DNA of 64,000 nt from an uncultured Salinarchaeum sp. (GTDB lineage Archaea; Halobacteriota; Halobacteria; Halobacteriales; Salinarchaeaceae), in assembly GCA_964403925.1 (NCBI GenBank), contig CAYOHZ010000004.1, positions 4,733 through 68,732 on the forward strand. The letters are read 5' to 3'. A program made the position numbers and the translations under genes. Positions 38,887-47,867 of this stretch are shown piece by piece. Numbering within the stretch: position 1 is the first letter of the stretch; each line of letters opens with the position of its first letter. The notes below the pieces were generated by a model. It did not search any database. It was not told where the DNA came from and saw nothing but the letters and a program-made list of their open reading frames with translations.

Positions 38887-39602
38887 CCGGCAGTCGGTTC
38901 GACAGCAACGAATTCCAGCCCGTTGTTCGCAAGCAGCCGCCGTGCGCGGTCAGTGACTGATGGCGCAACGAGAATGCCACGGATGTCAGCTTCGGTATGG
39001 AGTTCACGCTCAAGTGCGGTCACATACCGCTTGAGCTGACCGACCGCGTCTGGGCCGACCCGTCGCCGTTTCAACTCGACGGCAACCGTTCGTCCCGCTG
39101 TATCCTCACCGTAAATATCGATCGCTCCCGCTGCTGTGGTCCGTTCCGTTGCCAGCGGCTGGAACCCGTCTTCGATTAACGCCGGCTGTTCGAGAATCCG
39201 CTCTTTGAGATCGGCTTCTGTCCCCGTGAGCTCAAGTGCTGCCCCATCGCTGATCTCGAAGGCCCCGACATGAACGATTCGCTTGAATCGAATTGTTAAC
39301 CGTTCATCGGGGTTCGCACGTGTGCTCTCAACGACGAGCTGTCCGGTTGTGAGTCGTGCTGTCTGTGTCGAGCCCGGCGGTTGCCAGTTCACCGGTTTTT
39401 GGTCGCTGTCGGTATGAACGAGCGTCGTCCCGTCTGGTTTCAGTAGTAGATGTCGATCCCCCCATTCGAGCTTGCTGCTTGCCCGCCCTTCATAATCGAC
39501 ACGACACTGTCCGAAAACAGTAACGAGCTCCTCCCGGTCAAGCCCAGCCGTAATGACTTCTTGTGCGGTCGCCGGACTTGGCCGGTCGATCGTCCGTGTC
39601 AC
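38883..39602 (-). CDS. nucS: endonuclease NucS (EndoMS)
   Basis: 239 aa. The C-terminal RecB-like nuclease motifs read GAIDIYGED..GRTVAVELKRRR....VGQLKRY...GILVAP. The start appears to be GTG. Confidence 0.88.
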   Translation of the reverse strand: MTRTIDRPSPATAQEVITAGLDREELVTVFGQCRVDYEGRASSKLEWGDRHLLLKPDGTTLVHTDSDQKPVNWQPPGSTQTARLTTGQLVVESTRANPDERLTIRFKRIVHVGAFEISDGAALELTGTEADLKERILEQPALIEDGFQPLATERTTAAGAIDIYGEDTAGRTVAVELKRRRVGPDAVGQLKRYVTALERELHTEADIRGILVAPSVTDRARRLLANNGLEFVAVEPTAG

Positions 39603-39654
39603 GATTCTGACCGGCAGTTTGACTGGTCGGGCCTAAGCCTCTCCGATTTGGCTG

Positions 39655-40125
39655 TTACTCTTGTGGGTCGTATTCGATTACGGAATCGCCCCAAGAGTGC
39701 ACCACAGCACGTAGCTGCTGTTCGACTGTCGCTGTGGGAACGCCTGCAGTGACCAAGCGTAGACAGACCTCTCGGGCCCCGGTTATGCGATGATAGAAAG
39801 CGACGGGATCAACCGCTGGTGGCGGCGTGGCAAGCAGACCTGGGCCACTGGCGGTGCTATCGCCGGGTAGCCCCGATTCGAGTCTGATTGGCACGACAAC
39901 AAACGAATCGATCTGCTGGTCGGTCACGATATGACAGACTTGGTCGCCAAGCCAATCGATCGACGCATAGATACCCTGTCGATCCGGTACGGTCCCGAGA
40001 TATCGTTCTGTGCTGTGCTGGCTGTCTTGTTGCTCGGTTCTGAATGTCTCTTCTACCGGCTGCGATTGTCGATAGAGCGCATATCCAGCTGTTCGCTTGC
40101 GCGCGATCAACACGGAGTCTGTCAT
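39655..40125 (-). CDS. hypothetical protein
   Basis: The ORF is 178 aa from a TTG start and 156 aa from the ATG at 40125. No motif recognised. Confidence 0.4.
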   Translation of the reverse strand: MTDSVLIARKRTAGYALYRQSQPVEETFRTEQQDSQHSTERYLGTVPDRQGIYASIDWLGDQVCHIVTDQQIDSFVVVPIRLESGLPGDSTASGPGLLATPPPAVDPVAFYHRITGAREVCLRLVTAGVPTATVEQQLRAVVHSWGDSVIEYDPQE

Positions 40126-40230
40126 CGGTTGCCTCCATGCATGCCCGTCACTCCACTCGTATTCGGATTTGAACCTATGGCACAAGTCCAACCCCTTTTA
40201 TTGAGGTATCACATATCCGGGGTACTCTGC

Positions 40231-41247
40231 ATGAACATGCTTGTCAACGGTGAGTGGCGAACTGACACCTACCAACTCACCAACGAAGCAGGGGAATTCG
40301 AGCGACAGCAAACGCCGTTTCGAAACTGGGTCGCCGGCACACCGATCCCTGAGCATGTTGCTGCTGAGCCCGACGATCAGTTCGAGCCGGAGTCCGGCCG
40401 CTATCACCTGTATGTTTCATATGCTTGTCCGTGGGCCCATCGGACATTGCTTGCACGTGCATTGCTCGGCTTGGAGGACGTGCTTTCCGTCTCCGTTGTT
40501 GACCCGTATCGTGACGCTGCCGGCTGGCAGTTCACGCCTGAAAAATCCGGGTGTACGGTTGATCACGTTACTGGTGCCGAGTATCTCCGTGAGCTGTATG
40601 TCAGAGCTGATCCTACTGTGACCTCGCGGGTGACTGTTCCCGTCCTTTGGGATCGACAACACGAGACGATCGTTAACAACGAGTCCCGTGAGATTCTCCG
40701 GATGCTCACAACAGCCTTCCAGGAGTTCGGCACTCGTGACTATGAGCTAGCACCAGCTACACACCGTGTGGAAATCGATCGTCGGATCACCGATATCTAT
40801 GAGCCGATCAACAACGGGGTGTATCGGGCTGGGTTCGCAAGCAAACAGGCGCCGTACGATCAAGCCGTTGATCGACTCTTTGCTGCGCTTGATCGATACG
40901 ATAGATTGCTTGCTGACCGACGATTTATTGTGGGCGATCGGCCGACAGAAGCGGACCTCTGTCTGTTCACGACCTTAGTCAGATTCGATCAGGTGTATCA
41001 TACCCATTTCATGTGTAACAAACAGTATATCCACCAGTATGACAACCTGTGGCCGTATCTCCGTGATCTCTATCAGCTCCCGGGTGTTGCAAAGACAGTC
41101 AACATGGCCCACATCAAAGAACACTACTACACGACACACCCGTCGGTAACGCCATCCGGCATTATCGCAGCTGGTCCGGATATCGACTTTACCGCCGCGC
41201 ATGACCGGGACCGGCTCGCCGAGCTCCCAGCTGCCCTCGTTGGCTAA
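40231..41247 (+). CDS. glutathione S-transferase-fold protein (Xi/omega class, YqjG/ECM4-like S-glutathionyl-hydroquinone reductase family)
   Basis: FEPESGRYHLYVSYACPWAHRTL (CPWA active site), VPVLWD, INNGVYRAGFA. The ATG at 40231 is preferred over the 39931 ORF. Confidence 0.82.
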   Translation: MNMLVNGEWRTDTYQLTNEAGEFERQQTPFRNWVAGTPIPEHVAAEPDDQFEPESGRYHLYVSYACPWAHRTLLARALLGLEDVLSVSVVDPYRDAAGWQFTPEKSGCTVDHVTGAEYLRELYVRADPTVTSRVTVPVLWDRQHETIVNNESREILRMLTTAFQEFGTRDYELAPATHRVEIDRRITDIYEPINNGVYRAGFASKQAPYDQAVDRLFAALDRYDRLLADRRFIVGDRPTEADLCLFTTLVRFDQVYHTHFMCNKQYIHQYDNLWPYLRDLYQLPGVAKTVNMAHIKEHYYTTHPSVTPSGIIAAGPDIDFTAAHDRDRLAELPAALVG

Positions 41248-42428
41248 CGATTCCAGAGGAGCAGTCCCAGCAACGTTACTAACATCAGGCCAAGCAGTCC
41301 AGCCAGCGTCAAAAACGCCGTTCCCCAGCTGAATGTGTCCGCGATCCACCCGGTGACGACACTGCCACTTGCACCGAGCACCATGTATGTCGTGCGGATC
41401 ACTCCGAATCCGATCCCCCGTTCGCCATCGTTGAGATTGTCCATGAACTTCGGGAGCAGTGCTGCACCCCAACTCATCGCGATTCCCGCTAATCCAATCG
41501 CCACAAGTAGTGCCCATAGCGCGTCTACCAGCACAAACGACGCGTATCCGATCGTCCCTGCGAGTACTGTCAGCGCGGCAGCTGGATCCCTGCCGATCCG
41601 ATCGGACAGCGATCCGATTACTGGTTGTCCGACCCCTTGCACGGCGAAATACGCCGAGAACAAGACCCCGGCGACCGGCTTGGAATAGGCATGATAGCGA
41701 ATGAAAAACGTCGGGAGAAACGACGCGGTTGCCTGCCAGACGAACGCGCCGATGACAGCCAACAGCATCGTGATCGCGATCGTTGGCCGACTGAGGAGCC
41801 CGCCCAGCATCCTCACGTCAAGTCGCTCTCGGATCGGTGGCTCCGGCTGTGGCGGGGCTGTCGGCCGCACCGCAGTCCCGACAAACAGGGCCACCGGGAT
41901 CGCTGTCACTGTCCCCAATGCGATGGCGTATCGCCAGCCAAACTGTGCGCCGATAAGTCCGGCAATCGGCGGGGCAAGCAGCCCAGCGATCGGTGCTCCA
42001 GCACTGTGAATCCCGATTGCGGACCCAGTATTTGGTGCTGTTCGTGTGATCAGAGTGGTCGCAGCACTATAATGTAGGCCTGCAACGGCACCCAACAACA
42101 CGGCACCGATGACAAACATCCAATAGTTGCATGCGACCGCGATAAGCCCGCTTGTGAGTGCAGTTCCAACAACCGCGATGAGGATGATCGGGCGTTCGCC
42201 ATATCGATCACCAAGAAGACCACTCGGAAATTGCGCGAGCGCGTATGTGAGCCACAATCCGGAGAGTGCCACCCCGATTGTCGCATCCGAGACGGTAAAC
42301 GCGTCCCCGATCGCCGGCACGACTGGACTGATCACCAGCCGGGCGACCATCGTCGCAAAAAATGCCATCGTACTCGCTGCTAATACCGTCCGACTGTATG
42401 ACCACTCCAACACGATCCAACGGTGCAA
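41244..42428 (-). CDS. MFS transporter
   Basis: 394 aa with about 12 TM segments. The MFS loop motif is GLLGDRYGERP. The start appears to be TTG. The ATG at 42368 is the alternative. Confidence 0.85.
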   Translation of the reverse strand: MHRWIVLEWSYSRTVLAASTMAFFATMVARLVISPVVPAIGDAFTVSDATIGVALSGLWLTYALAQFPSGLLGDRYGERPIILIAVVGTALTSGLIAVACNYWMFVIGAVLLGAVAGLHYSAATTLITRTAPNTGSAIGIHSAGAPIAGLLAPPIAGLIGAQFGWRYAIALGTVTAIPVALFVGTAVRPTAPPQPEPPIRERLDVRMLGGLLSRPTIAITMLLAVIGAFVWQATASFLPTFFIRYHAYSKPVAGVLFSAYFAVQGVGQPVIGSLSDRIGRDPAAALTVLAGTIGYASFVLVDALWALLVAIGLAGIAMSWGAALLPKFMDNLNDGERGIGFGVIRTTYMVLGASGSVVTGWIADTFSWGTAFLTLAGLLGLMLVTLLGLLLWNR

Positions 42429-42486
42429 ATGCGTATAAAAGACGGTATCGAAACGCCGTTACTGACTCATCAACGACGGCGGGAAC

Positions 42487-43572
42487 TCAGGGCACAAACC
42501 AGATGCCCTGCTGGTCGAAGATCCCACCGATGACGACATGTGGGAGTGCAATCACGCTCACAAAGATCGTATAGAAGACGACACCCCCGGCGAGGATCGC
42601 TTCCCAGCCACCGAGATGCCCGGTGATAGCCAAGACCGGTTCCGGTGCAACAATATACAGTGACGCGATCAGGAGTCCAGTCATCACACCGCCGACAATA
42701 AACATGCTCCAGTTGAGCACCGATGCAACATGCTCAGTTCGGCTGTCGGCTGTCATCCATGCGCCCTCATCGACGGGGCGATCGTTATCGACTGCTGCCG
42801 AACGGGCGACCTGCCGTGCGGAGTACCACAGCGGGAAGTACAGCCCAACAGCCAGTACAACCGGCACGACCGCAAAGAACGCAATCAATAGTAGTGTCTC
42901 GATCGCATCTGCGATCCACGTCCCTGTGCCGGGATCACGGAGGTACCCAAGGCCGATGTGACCGAGCACGCCAAGCGCGATCGCAATCGGAAGTACCTGA
43001 TAGCTCACCGGATGGAACGCATATGTTGCAGCCTCCAGGTTCCCTCCGAAGACGGCGATCATATACCCCGTATACTCCTCGAAGGTACTCGGGAACGCTA
43101 GGTACGGGACCAACATGACGGCACCGCCACGAACAGCCGCGCCAAGCCAGCGCTGGGCCCGACTTTGGATATGATCGGTCCCAGTCACCGCGTCAAGAAC
43201 GGCCAGTCCTCCAAGGCCACCTTTGACGATTGCAACGGTGATCATCAATCCGACACCCAAGACCGGCTGGACGGTCAGCAACCCGACAAACGCTGCGACC
43301 ATCGCGACGAACCCAACCGCGTACAACGCTTGGTACCGAACTGATCGGGTTCGAAGGTTTTGGAGATTCTCGAATCCGCCGTGCGGTAGATTAATTGCGA
43401 CCAGCCCGATTAGGTACCCGAGTAGCTGGAGTGTCATCGGGATTTCGACTCCGATCGCCCGAATTCCCCCAACGAGCACTGTCACCGTCGCGACCGCGAG
43501 CCATGCCGGAAGCAAAAGCCGCCAGGATCCCGGGATCCGGGGCGTGTTTTGCTGCCGGAGATAGGTTGACAT
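42487..43572 (-). CDS. brp: Brp/Blh-family beta-carotene 15,15'-dioxygenase (retinal synthesis)
   Basis: Membrane protein with VAINLPHGGFENLQNLR, GLYFPLWYSARQVARSAAVD and IALPHVVIGG. These are close to the Halobacterium Brp sequence as I recall it. Confidence 0.85.
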   Translation of the reverse strand: MSTYLRQQNTPRIPGSWRLLLPAWLAVATVTVLVGGIRAIGVEIPMTLQLLGYLIGLVAINLPHGGFENLQNLRTRSVRYQALYAVGFVAMVAAFVGLLTVQPVLGVGLMITVAIVKGGLGGLAVLDAVTGTDHIQSRAQRWLGAAVRGGAVMLVPYLAFPSTFEEYTGYMIAVFGGNLEAATYAFHPVSYQVLPIAIALGVLGHIGLGYLRDPGTGTWIADAIETLLLIAFFAVVPVVLAVGLYFPLWYSARQVARSAAVDNDRPVDEGAWMTADSRTEHVASVLNWSMFIVGGVMTGLLIASLYIVAPEPVLAITGHLGGWEAILAGGVVFYTIFVSVIALPHVVIGGIFDQQGIWFVP

Positions 43573-43639
43573 ACCTGTGAGTACTCACCCACTAGTTGAA
43601 TCAACACGATCATATTATAAAGAGTATTCGGTAAGCTAA

Positions 43640-44050
43640 CCAACGGCTAAAGCCGTTGGCTTTCAGCGTGGACTCCCGCTCTGGCCGACTCCTCGGCAGG
43701 AGGCTCATACGCTTCGTTCGCGTTCAGCGTCCCGCTGTCTGGTCGCGCACGTCTTCGTAGGTCTCGTGGTGGAGCGTGGTCTTGCTCGTCGTAACGTATC
43801 CGCCCTCGAACGCGTGGCGTGTGACGTAGTTGGCGGCCCACAGGAACTCGTCTATGGTGTCTTCGAGGAGCGCGGCGTCAGGACTGTCCACGTCAAGTTT
43901 GACCAGGACAGTGCGCCGCTTCTCCATAGATCATCCGTAGACTTACTGGTTCAACAACGTTGGGAAGTCAGCCCTGCCGTAGTCGGTGGGTTGTGGTTCT
44001 GAGCTTCCGCGCTTTCTCCCACCCGTGAACGGTGGATTTCCGCGCTGTTA
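43640..44050 (-). mobile_element. internally deleted IS200/IS605-family (IS1341-type, tnpB-only) element relic
   Basis: The 5' part encodes 67 aa of a haloarchaeal TnpB N-terminus ([35 protein letters not shown]...[12 protein letters not shown]). It then jumps frame into a C-terminal-like tail (...[28 protein letters not shown]). The terminal hairpin CCAACGGCT-AA-AGCCGTTGG is at 43640-43659. Upstream there is a hairpin CCACC-N7-GGTGG (44019-44035) flanked by 9-bp direct repeats TTCCGCGCT (44005-44013 and 44038-44046). The outer boundaries are approximate. Confidence 0.7.
43647..43927 (-). pseudogene. tnpB: tnpB pseudogene (N-terminal 67 codons fused out of frame to the last ~30 codons)
   Basis: ORFs 43724-43927 and 43647-43841 are in different frames. 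The RuvC and zinc-finger core of TnpB is missing entirely. Confidence 0.7.
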
Positions 44051-44112
44051 CCGCTATGAAGCTGTCCCGGAAATCCAAGGACCCTTGATATTGGGGGTTC
44101 TAGAGGAAACAC

Positions 44113-44766
44113 ATGAGTGGGTTACGTGTCGAATTAGCCATCACTGATACTGATACCTGTCCGGTCGCCGGATTGACGGCCGACTCCGACGCTACCGTTC
44201 GAGATATCTCGTGGACCGATCACAGCGAGGGAGCTCTCGAACAGTTCGTGGTCGACCATTCCGCTGGCCTCGCTGACCAAGAGTTTCAACAGGTCTTCAC
44301 ATACGAGTCGGCGGATGTCTATGAGTTCATGCGAGATGATGGTGCGTGTCCCTGTCAACAGATCGTTGATGCCGGCCATCCGATCGCCGATGCGCGCGCC
44401 GAAAACGGGACACTGGTTGTCACCCTTCACCTCGCCGATGAGACAGCACTTAGTTCGCTGCTCCCGAGGTTACGCGAGCGCTTTGGTGATGTCTCGATTC
44501 GAACCATCACACGGGTCACACAGGATGCCGACCAGCACACAGATGCTGTCTGGATCGATCGCGGGCAGCTGACTGACCGACAGCGTGAGGTTCTTGCCAC
44601 AGCGTATGATATGGGCTATTTCGAGTATCCGCGACAGGCCAATGCGACTGATGTCGCTGAAGCGCTCGATATCTGTCCCTCTACGCTTACAGAACATCTT
44701 GCGGCCGCACAATCGAAGCTACTTGGAGATCTGTTTGAACAACAATCACAGCAGCAAAATACCTGA
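44113..44766 (+). CDS. HTH_10 (Bat-like / bacterio-opsin activator-type) transcriptional regulator
   Basis: The C-terminal motif LTDRQREVLATAYDMGYFEYPRQANATDVAEALDICPSTLTEHLAAAQSKLL is the haloarchaeal HTH_10 signature. Confidence 0.85.
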   Translation: MSGLRVELAITDTDTCPVAGLTADSDATVRDISWTDHSEGALEQFVVDHSAGLADQEFQQVFTYESADVYEFMRDDGACPCQQIVDAGHPIADARAENGTLVVTLHLADETALSSLLPRLRERFGDVSIRTITRVTQDADQHTDAVWIDRGQLTDRQREVLATAYDMGYFEYPRQANATDVAEALDICPSTLTEHLAAAQSKLLGDLFEQQSQQQNT

Positions 44767-44839
44767 CGCCACCACCAGGACTCGAACCTGGGACAACCAC
44801 GTTAACAGCGTGGTGCTCTACCAACTGAGCTATGGCGGC
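44767..44839 (-). tRNA. tRNA-Asn (anticodon GUU)
   Basis: The reverse complement is GCCGCCATAGCTCAGTTGGTAGAGCACCACGCTGTTAACGTGGTTGTCCCAGGTTCGAGTCCTGGTGGTGGCG. It folds as a full cloverleaf, with anticodon stem CCACG/CGTGG and loop CTGTTAA. Confidence 0.93.
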
Positions 44840-44932
44840 ACAAATCAAACTATAGCGGACGGTTTTGATGAGGGTTTCGCTTTCGAAGCACGGATCGACA
44901 TCCTTTCCGCAAACAGGCTTGTACAATCACCA

Positions 44933-46291
44933 ATGGCTGATTCGGTCGCAGCTGTCTTTGACAAGGCCCGATCCCGCGTTGATCCCACAGACGACGAGCG
45001 GGCTGCACTCGCTCGTGTGACCGAGACGCTCATCGAGCGAGCACATGCAGCGATTGCTGATCTCCCTGTTGAGGCCGAGGTTCTTCATGTTGGCTCGACA
45101 GCTCGTGACACGTGGGTCTCAGGCGATCGCGATATCGATCTATTCGTTCGGTTCCCGACGACACTTGATCGTGAACAGCTCAGTACGTACGGGCTTGAGG
45201 TCGGGCATGCAGTGCTTCCAGACGGCCAGGAAGAGTATGCTGAACATCCCTATGTTACTGGCCAGTTCGATGGATTCGATGTCGATCTTGTCCCATGTTA
45301 TGATGTCGAGTCTGCCGCATCGATTCGGTCAGCCGTTGATCGGACACCCTTTCACAACGAGTATTTATCAGCACAGCTTACCCCGGAGCTAGCTGCCGAT
45401 GTGCGGCTGGTAAAGGGGTTTGCTCGTGGGACCGGCGTCTACGGGAGTGATCTTCGCACCCGGGGATTTTCCGGCTATCTGATCGAGCTACTTGTCGTCC
45501 ATTATGGTGGCGCCAAATCACTGTTGACTGCCGCGGCTGATTGGCGGCCCCCTGTCGAACTCGATCCAGCACAGCACCAAGCTGCGAGCTTTGAGGATCC
45601 GCTTGTCGTTATCGATCCGACTGATCCGACCAGAAACGTCGCTGCCGTCCTGTCGGAAACAGCGTTTGCTCGCTTCCAACATCATGCTCGTTCGTTCTTG
45701 GCCGCCCCCTCAATCGAGGACTTCGAGCCGACAAGTCCGGGTCCACTCGATGCGGAGACACTTGTTGCCCATCTTGATCGCCGCGAGACGACCGTCATTG
45801 GGCTCACGTTTCCGCTTCCGACACTCGTTGAGGATGATCTTTACCCGCAGCTTCGGACGTCCCGAGACGGGATTGTTGCTGGGCTTGAACGTGCTGGCTT
45901 CTCGGTCCTCCGTTCGACCGTTGGCGCTGTTGATGGGACCGGCCTCATACTTATTGAATTCAGCGTCGCCAAACGACCAGCAATCGAGCGACATACAGGA
46001 CCGCCCGTTTCTGTTCGATCTCACGCGGAAGCTTTCTATGAAAAGTATGCCGATGATCCCGATGTCTATGGGCCGTTTCTCGATGGTGACCAGTATGTCG
46101 TCGAACGGCCGCGATCGATTCGGACCGCTACCGGATGGCTCAGGAGTGATGCGTTATTTACCGTCAAACATGGGGCCCAGATCAAACCCGCACTTAACCA
46201 AGATCATGCCATCTATATCGATACTGAGCTGCTGGAGCTTCTCCCGGAGTTCGGGGCTGTATTCACGGACTATTTCGACCCAGCGGTCTGA
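44933..46291 (+). CDS. cca: CCA-adding enzyme (archaeal class I tRNA nucleotidyltransferase)
   Basis: HVGSTARDTWVSGDRDIDLFVRFP (nucleotidyltransferase GS...DxD motif), RTPFHNEYL, KGFARGTGVYGSDLRTRGFSGY. The ATG at 44933 is used because the longer ORF runs through tRNA-Asn. Confidence 0.92.
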   Translation: MADSVAAVFDKARSRVDPTDDERAALARVTETLIERAHAAIADLPVEAEVLHVGSTARDTWVSGDRDIDLFVRFPTTLDREQLSTYGLEVGHAVLPDGQEEYAEHPYVTGQFDGFDVDLVPCYDVESAASIRSAVDRTPFHNEYLSAQLTPELAADVRLVKGFARGTGVYGSDLRTRGFSGYLIELLVVHYGGAKSLLTAAADWRPPVELDPAQHQAASFEDPLVVIDPTDPTRNVAAVLSETAFARFQHHARSFLAAPSIEDFEPTSPGPLDAETLVAHLDRRETTVIGLTFPLPTLVEDDLYPQLRTSRDGIVAGLERAGFSVLRSTVGAVDGTGLILIEFSVAKRPAIERHTGPPVSVRSHAEAFYEKYADDPDVYGPFLDGDQYVVERPRSIRTATGWLRSDALFTVKHGAQIKPALNQDHAIYIDTELLELLPEFGAVFTDYFDPAV

Positions 46292-46309
46292 GCGGACGTT
46301 CTGATCCGT

Positions 46310-47317
46310 TCAATCAAGGAGCATCGCGTTTGTTCGGACTTCGGCAAGACGATCGCTAACGTGCTCTGGCGGCGACCCAGGATCGACTGCAGGCTCATAG
46401 CCATGAACGACTTTGTGGACGGCTCGAGTGACATTAGCAAGCACTTCAAGTTCGTAGCCACCTTCCAGAATTAACCCGAGCCCGATATCCAGCTGCGCTG
46501 CGAGGTCTTGGAGGTGTGAAATCATCAATCCGTACCCGTCCGTTGTGACAGTCATCCGTGAAATCGGATCATACTCGTGGGCGTCAAAGCCAGCACTCAC
46601 AAGCAGGATATCCGGGGCAAATGCTGTGACAGCTGGACGGACTATGGTGTCTAAGGCGTTCACATAGGCGTTGTTACCGGCGCCATCTGGTAGCGGGATG
46701 TTTATCGTATACCCCTGCCCCCCAGCAGTTCCGGTTTCATCAACCGCACCAGTCCCCGGATAGATCCCTTCCTCATGTAGTGACATAAACAGGACATCAG
46801 ATCGATCAGCAAACAGTGCTTGTGTACCGTTACCATGGTGTACATCGAAATCAACGATCGCCACTCGGTCTGCTCCCGCTGTGAGTGCCGTTTCGGTGGC
46901 GATCGCGGTATTATTCACAAAACAAAAGCCCATTGCGTCGTCGACAACTGCGTGGTGTCCGGGTGGTCGCCCCAGTGAAAACGGCGTTTGTCGGCCACGT
47001 GCTCCCTTCCCAGCGGTTCGTCCAACCCATGTCGCTAAGCCAGCACTAGCTCGGATCGCGTCCCAACTTTCCTCAACGACAATCGTATCCGGGTCCCATT
47101 GACCGCCACCAGAGGCCGCGAACGACCGCAGCTCCTCGATGTAGCCCGCGTCATGAACCGTGGTGAGTGTCGAAACCTCAGCTGGGTCGGCGTTAACGTA
47201 TTTGACACCGTGTTGGCGTTTGAGGCCCTCGCGGATCGCTCGGAGTCGATCCGCACTTTCAGGGTGTCGCGGCCCGGTCTCGTGTTTGAGACACGTGTCG
47301 GTATACCCGTAGTTCAT
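46310..47317 (-). CDS. histone deacetylase family protein (class II HDAC / AcuC-like)
   Basis: Motifs RPPGHHA, VAIVDFDVHHGNGTQ and GFDAHEYDP, with a C-terminal EGGY. Confidence 0.92.
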   Translation of the reverse strand: MNYGYTDTCLKHETGPRHPESADRLRAIREGLKRQHGVKYVNADPAEVSTLTTVHDAGYIEELRSFAASGGGQWDPDTIVVEESWDAIRASAGLATWVGRTAGKGARGRQTPFSLGRPPGHHAVVDDAMGFCFVNNTAIATETALTAGADRVAIVDFDVHHGNGTQALFADRSDVLFMSLHEEGIYPGTGAVDETGTAGGQGYTINIPLPDGAGNNAYVNALDTIVRPAVTAFAPDILLVSAGFDAHEYDPISRMTVTTDGYGLMISHLQDLAAQLDIGLGLILEGGYELEVLANVTRAVHKVVHGYEPAVDPGSPPEHVSDRLAEVRTNAMLLD

Positions 47318-47379
47318 TTCACTGGGGGCTTAACATACGTAGTTCGTTGTAACAGGCAGTTTTGAGTGCCATTGTTGAG

Positions 47380-47820
47380 TTATGATCGGTCTTGACGTAC
47401 CTCTAGATATGTCTCGATATCCGCTGCTTTGACCGTTCGTCGACCGGCATGTTCGGTAAGGACGGCTGCTGCCGTCGCAATTTCGTCAGCATAGTCCTCG
47501 AGCAACGCTGCTAATGCGAGCCGGGCGCCTCGTCCAACCCGGTACGACGGATCGATGCGCAACCGTGCGATCCGGTCGACTGGTGCGATCGGTAAGGCAA
47601 GTGTGCTTTTTTTCGGTGGGTCAGTCACCCCGAAATCCGCTGCCATTAGTGTCTTTCGCCCGTCCGCAGTTGCGTGTTCCGCAGCATCGACTGCCAGTCT
47701 TGCACCGTGTGTTTGGATCTCCTTGGCCAGTGCCTCGGCGGCCTCCGCACTGACACGCAGGTCGTCGACGTTTCGTCTGATGATCCCATCGACCGGCGCA
47801 AACGGGAGCTCAACACTCAT
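47380..47820 (-). CDS. archaeal histone, tandem double histone-fold
   Basis: There are two repeats of the LP.APV.RI.R... histone-fold pattern: ELPFAPVDGIIRR...GRKTLMAADF and LPIAPVDRIARL...GRRTVKAADI. ATG at 47820. Confidence 0.85.
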   Translation of the reverse strand: MSVELPFAPVDGIIRRNVDDLRVSAEAAEALAKEIQTHGARLAVDAAEHATADGRKTLMAADFGVTDPPKKSTLALPIAPVDRIARLRIDPSYRVGRGARLALAALLEDYADEIATAAAVLTEHAGRRTVKAADIETYLEVRQDRS

Positions 47821-47867
47821 ACCCAAGGATCGGGCTGGTCTGCATCTTAATCCTTTCCGTCGACCGA

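Noticed and set aside
44585-44932. 5' extension of the cca ORF (568 aa) running through 44767-44839.
   Set aside because: That segment is the reverse complement of a perfect tRNA-Asn. The family-typical N-terminus starts at the ATG at 44933.
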